From IMG/VR virus record IMGVR_UViG_3300035180_002914: a DNA stretch of 64,000 nucleotides, one strand, 5' to 3'. Source of the stretch: an uncultured virus (IMG/VR IMGVR_UViG_3300035180_002914) (lineage: Duplodnaviria; Heunggongvirae; Uroviricota; Caudoviricetes). The notes below the pieces were generated by a model, which was not told where the DNA came from, made no database searches, and saw only the letters and a program-made list of their open reading frames with translations. The translations under genes and the position numbers were made by a program. Below, in pieces: positions 9,095 to 19,225 of the stretch. Position 1 is the first letter of the stretch. The number at the start of each line of letters is the position of its first letter.

Positions 9095-9098
9095 AAAA

Positions 9099-10025
9099 AT
9101 GTTTGAATTTTCGTGGGAAACACTTCAACAAAATCTACAAAAAGACGCTCTTCCAGGAGAGAAAAAAGACTTCAAAGACTCAAGGTTTTGGAAGCTTTCT
9201 AAAGATGAAAGTGGTACAGGAGCAGCTGTAATTAGATTACTACCAGACTCAGCAGGTCCAGACGCTAAACCTTTTGTCAAAATATTCCATCACTCAATAA
9301 AATTTACAAGAAACGGTAAAGACTTTTACTACATTCAAGACAGTCCTGAAACAATAGGTCTTCCGTGTCCAGCTTCTGAAAAATGGCAAGAACTATGGAA
9401 CAGTGGTAATCAAGAAAAAGCGAAACTATACTCAAGAAAAATCAAGTATATAGCTAACATACTTGTTGTAAAAGATCCAGGCTGTCCGGAAAACAACGGT
9501 AAAGTGTTCCTCTGGGAATTCGGCACCAAACTTATGGACAAATTCATAGCAGCTATGAATCCAACAGAAGCTATGAGAGAAGTAGGCGTAAAACCAAAAC
9601 AACTTTTCGATCCTACAGCGAATGGATCTTCAATTAGTCTTCAAATTAAGAAAGCTAATAACTTCTTTAATTATGATGATACAACAATTCTTGATGCAAG
9701 TGCTGTTTTCAAATCTACTGAAGCTGCGGTAGAATTTATAAACAAAAATTGTTACAAACTGGATGAGTTTATTTCTCCAGCTCACTTTAAACCATATAAT
9801 GAGTTGAAAGCCCTTTTGACTTTTGCTGAAACAGGTCAAAAAACTGTAAAGGGAGCTGAGATTAAAAATAATGATGTACCTTTTGATGAAGATGAAAAAC
9901 CTAAAGAGATTGGAGTTAAAAAACAAGCTACTATAGAAAAACCTACAAAAAAGAAAGTCGAGGAAGCTCCGGAAACAAAAAGCGTCAATGACGATTTAGA
10001 TTTTCTTGACGATCTAATAGGTTAA
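9099..10025 (+). CDS. gp32: Single-stranded DNA-binding protein
   Basis: DSRFWKL, GAAVIRLLP, ANILVVKDP..PENNGKVFL, acidic C-terminal tail; start at ATG 9099 after AAGGA. Confidence 0.95.
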   Translation: MFEFSWETLQQNLQKDALPGEKKDFKDSRFWKLSKDESGTGAAVIRLLPDSAGPDAKPFVKIFHHSIKFTRNGKDFYYIQDSPETIGLPCPASEKWQELWNSGNQEKAKLYSRKIKYIANILVVKDPGCPENNGKVFLWEFGTKLMDKFIAAMNPTEAMREVGVKPKQLFDPTANGSSISLQIKKANNFFNYDDTTILDASAVFKSTEAAVEFINKNCYKLDEFISPAHFKPYNELKALLTFAETGQKTVKGAEIKNNDVPFDEDEKPKEIGVKKQATIEKPTKKKVEEAPETKSVNDDLDFLDDLIG

Positions 10026-10036
10026 AAGGCGGAAAA

Positions 10037-10207
10037 ATGTCAAAAGAAAAACTAGAAAAATATAACAAAATTCTTTCAGAATTTGAAATAGCAAAAATGT
10101 ATGGACCTGAGAGCGACGCAAAAAATGCGAAGCTCCTCGCTATACTTCTTCCATTTATAGAAGATGAGTTTAAAGAGAAAATAGAAAAGCTAAGAAAGGC
10201 ACAATAA
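10037..10207 (+). CDS. Small hypothetical protein (56 aa)
   Basis: MSKEKLEKYNKILSEFEIAKMYG...KLRKAQ* exactly fills the gp32-rnh gap. Confidence 0.6.
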   Translation: MSKEKLEKYNKILSEFEIAKMYGPESDAKNAKLLAILLPFIEDEFKEKIEKLRKAQ

Positions 10208-10211
10208 TATA

Positions 10212-11270
10212 ATGGTCTTAATGGACTTTAGCCATTTAGCTCATAGATTGCTTTATGTTTCCATATTTCAACTCAAACTAAAAGTCGATAAAACTACTAA
10301 AAAGTTTAGAACAAAAGACTATGAAGACTTCTTCAGACATCTTTTGTTCAACAACTTGAAATATATTTTCTCGAACAAATTTAACGAGTGGAATGACGAA
10401 ATAGTAATAGCTTGCGACGCTAAAAATAATTGGCGAAAAGATTTTTATAAAGAATATAAAGCACATAGAGCCGCCGGAAGAGAAAATTCTGATATAGACT
10501 TCAACGAATTTTTCGCTGTAGTAAACGATGTTCTGGAAGCTTTAAAAACAAGTTTTCCAGTAAAGGTTGTTTATGTCGATAGAGCTGAAGCTGATGATGT
10601 TTGTGGAGTTTTGGCTAAGAATCTTTCTAAGAAAAGGAAAGTGCTAGTCGTGTCTTCTGATAAAGACTATAAACAAGTGCTTGAATACGATAATGTAAGT
10701 CTTTTCGATCCGATAAAGAAAGAATTCGTTAAAATGACTAAGCCAGAAGTAAGGAATTTTAAACTATTCCACATTCTTCTTGGCGATTCTGGCGATAATG
10801 TTCCTAGTATAAAAGCCGAATCAGAATTCCATAAGGATTTCATTTCTTTTCTTAGACGAGAAAATATTTTCGTCACCGAAGTAGACAAGTTCTTTAAGCT
10901 TCAAATCTCAGGTATGTTGATTGAGAAATATCAAACTGAATTTCTCGACAAGCCTATCTATAAGAAAGCTATGTTTGGTGAAGTAGGAGTAAATAAGTTT
11001 CTCGAAAATTTTGAAGAAAACTTTGAGAAACTTCCGGAAATTTGTAAATCGAATTTTGAAAGGAACAAAGTCCTCATAGACTTTGATTATATTCCTGAAG
11101 ATATTCAGAAAGCCATACTCGAAGAATATTCTAAAGCAGAAGCACACTACGACTCAAAAGGTATGATGGATTACTTCCTAGCCCATAACTTGAACGAAAT
11201 GTTCGAGAATTTGAGCACATTCTACGTTAAACCTGTCGAAAAAGAGGATACTACTCTAGACGATTTTTAA
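10212..11270 (+). CDS. rnh: RNase H / 5'-3' exonuclease (T4 rnh-like)
   Basis: NWRKDFYKEYKAHR, EADD, SSDKDYKQ, GDSGDNVP motifs. Confidence 0.93.
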   Translation: MVLMDFSHLAHRLLYVSIFQLKLKVDKTTKKFRTKDYEDFFRHLLFNNLKYIFSNKFNEWNDEIVIACDAKNNWRKDFYKEYKAHRAAGRENSDIDFNEFFAVVNDVLEALKTSFPVKVVYVDRAEADDVCGVLAKNLSKKRKVLVVSSDKDYKQVLEYDNVSLFDPIKKEFVKMTKPEVRNFKLFHILLGDSGDNVPSIKAESEFHKDFISFLRRENIFVTEVDKFFKLQISGMLIEKYQTEFLDKPIYKKAMFGEVGVNKFLENFEENFEKLPEICKSNFERNKVLIDFDYIPEDIQKAILEEYSKAEAHYDSKGMMDYFLAHNLNEMFENLSTFYVKPVEKEDTTLDDF

Positions 11271-11299
11271 GGAGAGTTTAAACTCTCCTTTCTCCTTTT
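11269..11299 (+). terminator. Intrinsic terminator
   Basis: AAGGAGAG-tttaaa-CTCTCCTT followed by pyrimidines. Confidence 0.6.
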
Positions 11300-11335
11300 A
11301 AACTTATTTTAGGTATAATTCCTCTTAAAGGATTT

Positions 11336-12316
11336 ATGACTATGACTCCATTAGCAGAAAAATTCATAAAATACGCTTATCTAGACGCTAAGAAAGTTGG
11401 TGACAAATATAATATAAGATGTCCTATTTGCGGCGATTCTAAGAAGAATAAAAGAAAAAGAAGATTTTGGTTTATAGAAAACAACAAAAAGGACTATGTA
11501 CACTGTTTTAACTGTGATTATAGTTCAAGCTTTTATAAGTTCTTCAAGGAAAATTGTCCAGAATTTTTTGACTCTTATAGAAATGAGTTAAGACAAAACA
11601 GTTTTAAATCATTGACTGGAGAAAGTCTTGATGATTTAGTTTTTGAAGATTTGCCGCCTATAATAGAAAAAGAGCCTGAAGAAGAAGTTATTGATGATTT
11701 TGAAAATCCATTTCAAGAAATTGATAGTGAAGCGATAGAATACCTTGAAAAAAGAAAAGTCTTGTCTGAAATAAAGCGAAGAAATATTCAAGTATATCAA
11801 GCGAAAAATTTAAATGTGTTTGATATGTATCTTGACAACTTTATCATTTTTCCTCTTTTAAGAGAAGACGGTACTTGGTTTGGGTTTCAAGGTAGGAGTT
11901 TAGTAGGAAAACAATTTATTACCAAATTATTTGACGAAAGCCTGCCGAAGGCTTGGAATATATTTCAAACTGACAAAACAAAGGAAGTTTTTGTTTGTGA
12001 GTCAATATTCGACGCTCTTTCTACAGGTCAAGATAATAGTATGGCTGTTCTAGGCTCTTCTTCAGAAATTCTTTCTAAGTACAAGAGAGACTATGTTATT
12101 TGTCTCGACAATTATAATTTCGATATGAAAGCGAAACAGTCTTATAGGAAATATGTGGATGAAGGATTTAAAGCCTTTATGTGGCCAAAAGAAATAGAAT
12201 ACAAAGATTTTAATGAGATGTTGGTTAATGGAAATTTTAAACCGGAACAGATTAAAATACTAATCAATGAAAACATAGAAGAAGGTCTTCCTGCTCAAGT
12301 AACACTAAGGTTCTAG
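11336..12316 (+). CDS. gp61: DNA primase
   Basis: CPICGDS...HCFNC zinc domain, GFQGR, TOPRIM VCESIFDALS, KDFNEM. Confidence 0.93.
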   Translation: MTMTPLAEKFIKYAYLDAKKVGDKYNIRCPICGDSKKNKRKRRFWFIENNKKDYVHCFNCDYSSSFYKFFKENCPEFFDSYRNELRQNSFKSLTGESLDDLVFEDLPPIIEKEPEEEVIDDFENPFQEIDSEAIEYLEKRKVLSEIKRRNIQVYQAKNLNVFDMYLDNFIIFPLLREDGTWFGFQGRSLVGKQFITKLFDESLPKAWNIFQTDKTKEVFVCESIFDALSTGQDNSMAVLGSSSEILSKYKRDYVICLDNYNFDMKAKQSYRKYVDEGFKAFMWPKEIEYKDFNEMLVNGNFKPEQIKILINENIEEGLPAQVTLRF

Positions 12317-12319
12317 AAG

Positions 12320-14863
12320 GTGTTTAGATTTACTCAACTAATTACTGATTCAAATAAGAAAGTTCCATTTTCAAAAGATAATAAGTTTCAATTCGTTTCA
12401 TACAATGTGTCTAAGGAAAATCTAGCAGACTTTCTTTCATCATCATTTTATTTGAATCATCCTCTAGCGGATGATATAATTACTTGCGAGAGGAAAAAAG
12501 AATTTCTTAGATATAAGGAAACATCAAACTATTTTATTCTTGATATTGACCACGTAGATACATTAGCACAATTTAAAAAGGTTGTAAATTATTTTCTCTT
12601 TAATGATTTTCCTGTATTTCTAATTACATCTCGTTCCTTTAACAACACTGACTGTTTTAATATGAAAGGAATTTTTTATTTAAAAGATTTTCTTTCAAGG
12701 GATATCATCAAATCTTATGTTAAAACAATCAATAAACATCTAAAAAATATATGTAGTATAGATGAACACGTATTGAACGCTTCATCATATCAAGCGCCTA
12801 CTAAAAATTCTAAAATAATTTTAGACAACTTAAACGGTAATGGTAAACTCACATTAGAAGTATTTGAAGAAAAACAAATCGATTTTGTTATTCCTTCGTC
12901 TTCAGATATTGAAAAAGACTGGGCGCTTCAAAAGTTTACCGAAATGGGATTTAGAAGAGTTCGAGATTATAAAAACAATAACGGCTCTTTTCAATTCTCG
13001 CATTATAGCGAAAAGAAAACTAAGAACGGTTATTTTTGGTTTGAAAATTCGCCATTTATAATGCATCATCACGATAAGAATAAATCAGTAAACATTTTTA
13101 AAGAATTTGCTAACACTCTTACAGGGAAAAAGTTTCTAAAAGAACAACAAGAACAGAGATTAAGAGATAAGTTATATTCTAAATTCGCCTTTGAAACAAT
13201 CCATAAAGTAGATAAACAGTACTTGTCGGTTGACGAGAAGACTATCGAATTTATAGAGGCGTTCCTTTCAAAAAAACATTCTGTTGCTCTAAAAATTAAA
13301 TCATTTATGGGTTCTGGGAAGTCAAATATTATAGAAGAGGTCTTGAAAAGAAAAAATAGAAGAATACTTTTCTTAAGTAATAGAATAAATTCGACAATAG
13401 ACTACTCTGAGCGCTATAATATAAAAACATATTTGGATGATGATTATGTAATAGGAGATTCTCTTATTGTACAAATTGAGTCTCTTTGGAAATACGACCT
13501 TAGAAACTTCGACATAGTCATTATAGATGAATTTTGTTCTGTTCTATTTCAGAACCTATCAACGCTTTCGACAAAACAGAGACAGACTATTAAAAAGTTT
13601 ATGAGTATATTTACTAACAAGATGCCGATTTTATTAGCTGACGCCTTTCTTCTAGGTTTTGAAAATAATTTTCTAAGCGAATATGATTCGATTTTGAAAA
13701 TAGAAAATAAAAGGAAAGACCAACAAGATTGTTCTTTGTTTGTTGATACCGACGAGCAAACTCTTATCAAAACTATAATAGAAGATAATGACAAAATATC
13801 TGTCTCGACTACATCAAAGAGTTTTGCAATAGAGCTTAAGAAACAGTTAGAGTTGAAAGGTAAAAAAGTTCTTTTTGTTTCTGGAGACCTTTCGATTGAA
13901 CACAAAAAAGAAATTCTTAAGATTATAGGAGAAAAAGAGAGAGAAATTCTTTGGGATGTCTTAATTTATTCGCCTACAATTACTGTTGGCGTTAATATTT
14001 TAAACCATTACAAGAGACACTATCATTATGATTGTTCATCGAGTTGCGATGTTATTTCAAGCCTCCAAATGATTAAGCGAGTAAGGAATGTAGAAAAGGT
14101 TTTCCTCTATGTGAAGAAATCGCAATTCAAGAATCTACCGATTGAGCACAAGATCCTTGACAAGATTATGGAAGAAGATTTTAAAAACATAGAATTTGAA
14201 TCGTATGATGAGTATGGAAATATTGTTCCTTCAGAAGAGCAGTATTTTGTCAATAAGATTAGAGCGTTTTCAAATCTTCTTGATAACTCTCATTATTTTT
14301 CATTTAGGCTTCTTCTTTCTGAACAGTTTGAAAGAGTAACCGAAGTAACTGATAAGAAATTTGTAAAAAGGTTGAAGAAGAGTTCTAAAGATGAATATAT
14401 CACTAATCGGTTGAAAGAAATAGATGAAATTTTTGAAGGTAAAAAAACATTTAGTGAACAAGAAAAACTTCTAAGTGAACTAGAGTCGATTAGAATAAGG
14501 TTTTCAAAATATAAAACTTTTTCTAGGGAATATGCTTTAGAACTATATAAGGAAAGTTTAAGAGATAGAAATTTTATTTTTACTCTAAAGCGCCTCTTTA
14601 TATTTTTAAAAGATGACAAGAAAACCTTGAAGAAAAGGAGAACTGAGCTTCTTCTTGAAAGTTCTATGAGTAGCGAAGAGAATAAATACAAGAAATTTCT
14701 CGATCTTTGCATTAAATTCAACGGTATGAAATTAAAGGAGTGGTACACTCTGAATGAAATAACCGAAGAAGAAAGGACTCTTTTGGAGCAAATAGGGTTC
14801 AAACAGAATAGTAAGAGACTCGAGTTGGGTAAAAAATATAGAGATGTCATAGAAGCTAATTAA
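12320..14863 (+). CDS. Putative primase-polymerase-like N-terminus fused to an origin-binding-protein-like SF2 helicase
   Basis: ILDIDH near the N-terminus; SFMGSGKS, IIDEF, SPTITVGVN, QMIKRVR. Confidence 0.7.
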   Translation: MFRFTQLITDSNKKVPFSKDNKFQFVSYNVSKENLADFLSSSFYLNHPLADDIITCERKKEFLRYKETSNYFILDIDHVDTLAQFKKVVNYFLFNDFPVFLITSRSFNNTDCFNMKGIFYLKDFLSRDIIKSYVKTINKHLKNICSIDEHVLNASSYQAPTKNSKIILDNLNGNGKLTLEVFEEKQIDFVIPSSSDIEKDWALQKFTEMGFRRVRDYKNNNGSFQFSHYSEKKTKNGYFWFENSPFIMHHHDKNKSVNIFKEFANTLTGKKFLKEQQEQRLRDKLYSKFAFETIHKVDKQYLSVDEKTIEFIEAFLSKKHSVALKIKSFMGSGKSNIIEEVLKRKNRRILFLSNRINSTIDYSERYNIKTYLDDDYVIGDSLIVQIESLWKYDLRNFDIVIIDEFCSVLFQNLSTLSTKQRQTIKKFMSIFTNKMPILLADAFLLGFENNFLSEYDSILKIENKRKDQQDCSLFVDTDEQTLIKTIIEDNDKISVSTTSKSFAIELKKQLELKGKKVLFVSGDLSIEHKKEILKIIGEKEREILWDVLIYSPTITVGVNILNHYKRHYHYDCSSSCDVISSLQMIKRVRNVEKVFLYVKKSQFKNLPIEHKILDKIMEEDFKNIEFESYDEYGNIVPSEEQYFVNKIRAFSNLLDNSHYFSFRLLLSEQFERVTEVTDKKFVKRLKKSSKDEYITNRLKEIDEIFEGKKTFSEQEKLLSELESIRIRFSKYKTFSREYALELYKESLRDRNFIFTLKRLFIFLKDDKKTLKKRRTELLLESSMSSEENKYKKFLDLCIKFNGMKLKEWYTLNEITEEERTLLEQIGFKQNSKRLELGKKYRDVIEAN

Positions 14864-14962
14864 AAGTAGTTTGGACTATAGATAATTATATCTGTTTATG
14901 ATTATCTTACAAATAAATAGTAAAGATTTGAATTGTACAAAATAAAAAAGAGGTTCTGTTTA

Positions 14963-16237
14963 ATGAATAATGAAATAACAGCCAGTAAGGTCTTAGAGAA
15001 TTCAAAGAAGGCTATACAGCTGAGCGAATCATCAGTTGGAGATATTTCCTTTCAAGAACAACTACTTGATAAGGTAATTCAATATACCTATAACAATTCT
15101 ATACTTGACAAAATTTCATCAATAGTTCCTCTTGATGGCCCAATAGGCAAAGTTTATGTTCAAACGGCGAACTACGCAGGAAATTCTAAAACTGCTAAAG
15201 AGAATAACACTAAAGTCATCAAATTGACCTCTACTTGTCCTTGGACTGTTGGAGCTAGAATAAAAAAAGATGGTAATAATCCTGAAATAGCAACAGTAAG
15301 ATTTGTTGAGTTGAATAAAGTTCTTCTTGAGTTTGATGTTCCAGGAGAAACATTTGCTGTTGGAGATAGTATTACTGACGGAAATAACAAAGAAACAGTA
15401 AAAGATGTTTTCTCTTCAAGAATAGCTATTAAAAAGGTATTCAATACTTATTCTGGTCCATTCCTTACTTCTGATGGTGAAAAACTTGTTCCTAGAGAAA
15501 TTAATCATTCTATTAGAGCTCTTACTCTTACTACTCAAACTAGAAAGATTAAATCCGTTTTAACTAGAGAAGTTATAAAAGATATTCAAGCTCAATTTGG
15601 AATGGAAAATGCTGTAGAGATTATAGCTAAAACTCTAGCAGAAGAAATAAACAACGAAGTTGAGCAAGAGTTGTTTGATTATCTTAGAGCAATAGCAAGA
15701 GAAGGCGGAGATCTTGTTGTAAGTGATAGAGATGGTTCTACAGATTTGATTTACGCTTACACGATTATATACACCAAAATAGTAAAAGAGCTTGCTGATA
15801 TTTCTAAAAGAACAGGAAGAAATATTGTTGGCTTCGCTATTGCTTCACATAGAACTGTTGCTGCTCTTTCAGCTTCTGGTGCTCTTGACCTATCAAAAGG
15901 TGGTAAAACTGAACAAGAAAATGTAGTTACAGACACAGATTATATAGGTAAAGCTCTCGGATATATCGATATTATAAAAAGTAACTATCAAGATGATGAA
16001 GAAGTTATTGTTGGATTTAATGCTGGTAAATTTAAAACTGATTCAGGTTTGATTTTCTCCCCTTATAATCTTACTATTACTACAGCAACTAATCCTGAAA
16101 CAGGCGAAGAAAACCTTGTTGTATTTTATAGATATGCTTTCGGAAGAAATCCTTTTGACGAAGGAACAGGTCTAAATGATTCTGACTTCTTTTGTAGATT
16201 TACAGTAGATTACTCACAAGTTAAGCAGGTAATATGA
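14963..16237 (+). CDS. Major-capsid-fold protein (gp23/gp24-like, probable vertex protein)
   Basis: LDGPIGKV, TRKIKSVLTREVIKDI, LAEEINNEV, GLIFSPY...RYAFGRNPF; late promoter AATAAATA at ~14912. Confidence 0.8.
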   Translation: MNNEITASKVLENSKKAIQLSESSVGDISFQEQLLDKVIQYTYNNSILDKISSIVPLDGPIGKVYVQTANYAGNSKTAKENNTKVIKLTSTCPWTVGARIKKDGNNPEIATVRFVELNKVLLEFDVPGETFAVGDSITDGNNKETVKDVFSSRIAIKKVFNTYSGPFLTSDGEKLVPREINHSIRALTLTTQTRKIKSVLTREVIKDIQAQFGMENAVEIIAKTLAEEINNEVEQELFDYLRAIAREGGDLVVSDRDGSTDLIYAYTIIYTKIVKELADISKRTGRNIVGFAIASHRTVAALSASGALDLSKGGKTEQENVVTDTDYIGKALGYIDIIKSNYQDDEEVIVGFNAGKFKTDSGLIFSPYNLTITTATNPETGEENLVVFYRYAFGRNPFDEGTGLNDSDFFCRFTVDYSQVKQVI

Positions 16238-16238
16238 T

Positions 16239-17387
16239 ATGATAAATGAAAGTACACTCTCAACAGATTTAGTCGAGTTTGCGTCACTAGAGAAAAAGAT
16301 ATTTGAAAGAATTTATTCAAATAGTTTAGCAAGTAATGTATGTTCTGTTCAGAGAATGAAAACTCCAACAGACTTTGTCTATTCTTTCTATACATCTCAT
16401 CATCCAGAAGGAACAAATAACTCTCAAAATTTTTCATTTATTATGATTGATAAATCTTTGAATATTTCAGTAGGAGATACTCTTACTACTTCTACAGGAA
16501 AAGGTATAGTAAGATATTTTGAAAAACTTAATATACTTATTGACATTTATGACGGTTCAATGTCTGTAGGTCAAGATATTAAAACTTCTGACAATTCATC
16601 GGCTAAAATAAAAAGAATTACTAAAAATATATCATCTATTATTTTTGCCTTTTCTAGATTTTTTGAGTCTAATGAAATTACTATTCCTAACTCAATAGAC
16701 CTAAGTGTAAAAAGAATTAAAACTACAGCTATAAGTAAAAAAATCAAAACTCAAATTACAAGAGAAGTTCTAGAAGATATAAAATTTCTTTATCCTACTG
16801 ATTTTGAAGATAAAATAGCTCAAAACCTTTCTCAAGTAGTTATAGATGAAATTGATAGAGAGATAATTTTTACACTAAAAGATATTTCTACAATTTTACC
16901 AACACTAGCTTTAGATTCTAATGACCTTCCACCTAACCAAGATATACCTAGCGCACTTTTTAGTAATCTTAATTTGGATATTATGTCTCTTAACTCTATA
17001 ATTAATAGAGGTCTTTCTTTTGAGATTATAATGTCTCCTAAAGTAGCTGGATACCTATTATCATCAATTCAATCATCTATTACATCAGATAAAAGCGGAA
17101 CAGGAAGAGATGAAAAATATATTGGTACTCTTTCTGGTTATGACTGCTATGTTGACAATTTTGCTGATGAAGACTATTATATGATTTTCTATAATAGCGA
17201 GAAATTTGGTGATTCAACACTTATACTAGGAAATTATAAAGATAAGCTTTACTTTGCTACTGATTATGAAACAGGAAAAGAAACTCTTTTCTATTTAAAT
17301 AGAAAATCTATATGTAGAAATCCTCAAGATACTGGTTCAGGATTAAATGATTCGATTTTTTCATATTACAGAACTGTGACATTTTAA
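16239..17387 (+). CDS. Second gp23/gp24-like capsid paralog
   Basis: SVQRMKTPT, KKIKTQITREVLEDI, EIDREII, RNPQDTGSGLNDS; clearly paralogous to the upstream gene. Confidence 0.75.
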   Translation: MINESTLSTDLVEFASLEKKIFERIYSNSLASNVCSVQRMKTPTDFVYSFYTSHHPEGTNNSQNFSFIMIDKSLNISVGDTLTTSTGKGIVRYFEKLNILIDIYDGSMSVGQDIKTSDNSSAKIKRITKNISSIIFAFSRFFESNEITIPNSIDLSVKRIKTTAISKKIKTQITREVLEDIKFLYPTDFEDKIAQNLSQVVIDEIDREIIFTLKDISTILPTLALDSNDLPPNQDIPSALFSNLNLDIMSLNSIINRGLSFEIIMSPKVAGYLLSSIQSSITSDKSGTGRDEKYIGTLSGYDCYVDNFADEDYYMIFYNSEKFGDSTLILGNYKDKLYFATDYETGKETLFYLNRKSICRNPQDTGSGLNDSIFSYYRTVTF

Positions 17388-17403
17388 AATTTAAAGGATT
17401 ATA

Positions 17404-18030
17404 TTGTTTAAATTTCATTCAAACGAAAAGGAGTCAATTCTTTTCGACTACGCTTATTTTCCTATAGAGGAAATAGAATCTCCTGATTATAACTGCTTTG
17501 ATATTCTATTTCAAGTCGCAATTCATAAAGACTTAGAAACAGAAGACTTTAAATTCATTTCTTCTAGCGGTTCTGATGAATATGATTTTATCCATACTAA
17601 AATACAAGATTTGCCTCTTACAGATTTTACTAATAGTATAAATGGACTAAGAAAAGTTGTTCTTGAAATGTTTTACTCTTTGAAAGAAGGCAATAGTAAT
17701 AAGTGTTTGGAAGAAGAAAAACATTCTTTTGTTGTATCTAGAGGTGAGGAAGAAGACCTTTTTAAAATTGTATTTAAATTTCATTATAATGCGGATGATA
17801 GTATTTACGGTGGAGTAGAAATATATTCTCTTTTAGAAGAGAAATTTTTAGAAGAGAAAGGAATAAAGATAGATTATTTCTTTTTTGAAGGAATGAAATT
17901 TTTTAAAATTACGAAAGGCGACTTTGAAGGAAGCTTTCAGATAGAAGGAAAATTTCAAACTGAATCTAATATGAATCGTTGGGTATTTCAAATTATTGAA
18001 ATCTTTAGGATAGTTAGTTTTGTAGAGTAA
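17404..18030 (+). CDS. Hypothetical acidic protein
   Basis: 208-aa ORF with AAGGA RBS and TTG start. Confidence 0.6.
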   Translation: MFKFHSNEKESILFDYAYFPIEEIESPDYNCFDILFQVAIHKDLETEDFKFISSSGSDEYDFIHTKIQDLPLTDFTNSINGLRKVVLEMFYSLKEGNSNKCLEEEKHSFVVSRGEEEDLFKIVFKFHYNADDSIYGGVEIYSLLEEKFLEEKGIKIDYFFFEGMKFFKITKGDFEGSFQIEGKFQTESNMNRWVFQIIEIFRIVSFVE

Positions 18031-18116
18031 TTTTAAGGAATAAGATTCATAGAGTAAAGGTTTGTTGCTGTTGGTTCTCTAATAAATAATCTATAAAAAA
18101 TTTATGGAGAATTATA

Positions 18117-19205
18117 ATGAACATAGAAAGCTTCCTACCAAACACTAACCTTTCGAAAAGGTATATAAACTTTTGTAAGAAGTTTAATACATTAAGTAAA
18201 ACTCATACTCATAAACATCATATACTACTAAGAGCGTTATTTCCTGAATATGAAAATCTTAATTTATATCCTTGGAATGGTGTTAATCTATCTTACAGAG
18301 CTCATTTTATAGCTCATATAATGCTAGCTAGAATTTTTGGTGGAAAAATGGTTTATGCTCTTTGGCAGCTAAAACACACATCAGAAAAAAGAGGATGGGG
18401 AGAGATTACTAATTCGAGACTTTTTGAGAAAGTTAACAGAGAGATTTTCGAAAAATTTAAAACTGTTGATGAAAATGGTTTGAGTGAATATAAAAAGGCG
18501 GCTTTAAAGGCGGCGAAAACTAGAAAGGAAACAGTTCTAGAGAATGGATTGACTAATGCTCAGGATAGTGGTAGACGTGGTTATAAAACTAGGAAGGAAA
18601 CTATTTTAGAAAATGGAATGTCTGTTCAAGAACTCATAATCCAAAAAACAAAAGAAAAGCTGTCTGAAGTAGGCGAAGACGGTTTAACTGGTTATCAGAG
18701 AAAAGGTAGAAAAACTTCAGAAAGTTTGAAAGGTTATAAACCTTCTAAAGAAACCATAGAAAAGAGAGCAGCTGCAGTAAAGAAATATTATCAAAGTTTA
18801 ACTCCTGAAGAAAGAGAAAAATATGCTGAGAAAAGAAGAGGAGAAAATAGTGGTGCTTTTGGGCGTATTTGGATAAAGAAGGGTAGAGAAAGTATATCCA
18901 TTAAGCAAGAAGAGTTAGAAGAGTATTTAAATGATGGCTGGGTTAAAGGGAAGACACAAAATAATTTAGGTACTGTTTGGATGACAAATGGTGTAGATAG
19001 TTTTCAGGTAGAGAAAGACAGAATAGAAGAATTTTTGAATAAAGGGTTTAGAAGAGGCAGGATTGTGAATATGGATCCCGAAAAAATGAAAACCAATCTA
19101 GGAAAAAGTTGGTATCATAATGATAAGCTTAAAATATGTAAAACATTATTACCAGAAGAAGTAACTAAAGGTTGGGTAAAAGGAAGAAAAAGCTATAAGT
19201 CTTAA
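18117..19205 (+). CDS. Free-standing HNH-type homing endonuclease
   Basis: HKHHIL...NGVNLSYRAHFIAH nuclease motif, ENG repeats, NUMOD-like ETIEKR and W..NG/GWVKG repeats. Confidence 0.8.
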   Translation: MNIESFLPNTNLSKRYINFCKKFNTLSKTHTHKHHILLRALFPEYENLNLYPWNGVNLSYRAHFIAHIMLARIFGGKMVYALWQLKHTSEKRGWGEITNSRLFEKVNREIFEKFKTVDENGLSEYKKAALKAAKTRKETVLENGLTNAQDSGRRGYKTRKETILENGMSVQELIIQKTKEKLSEVGEDGLTGYQRKGRKTSESLKGYKPSKETIEKRAAAVKKYYQSLTPEEREKYAEKRRGENSGAFGRIWIKKGRESISIKQEELEEYLNDGWVKGKTQNNLGTVWMTNGVDSFQVEKDRIEEFLNKGFRRGRIVNMDPEKMKTNLGKSWYHNDKLKICKTLLPEEVTKGWVKGRKSYKS

Positions 19206-19221
19206 TTGACTTATAGCTTTT
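19188..19221. terminator. Bidirectional terminator between convergent endonuclease and gp18
   Basis: AAAAGCTATAAGTC-ttaatt-GACTTATAGCTTTT perfect inverted repeat. Confidence 0.75.
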
Positions 19222-19225
19222 ATAG

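Noticed and set aside
8988..9098. 37-aa N-terminal extension of gp32 in the ORF track
   Set aside because: It is the omegaRNA scaffold read in frame; the real RBS and ATG are at 9099.
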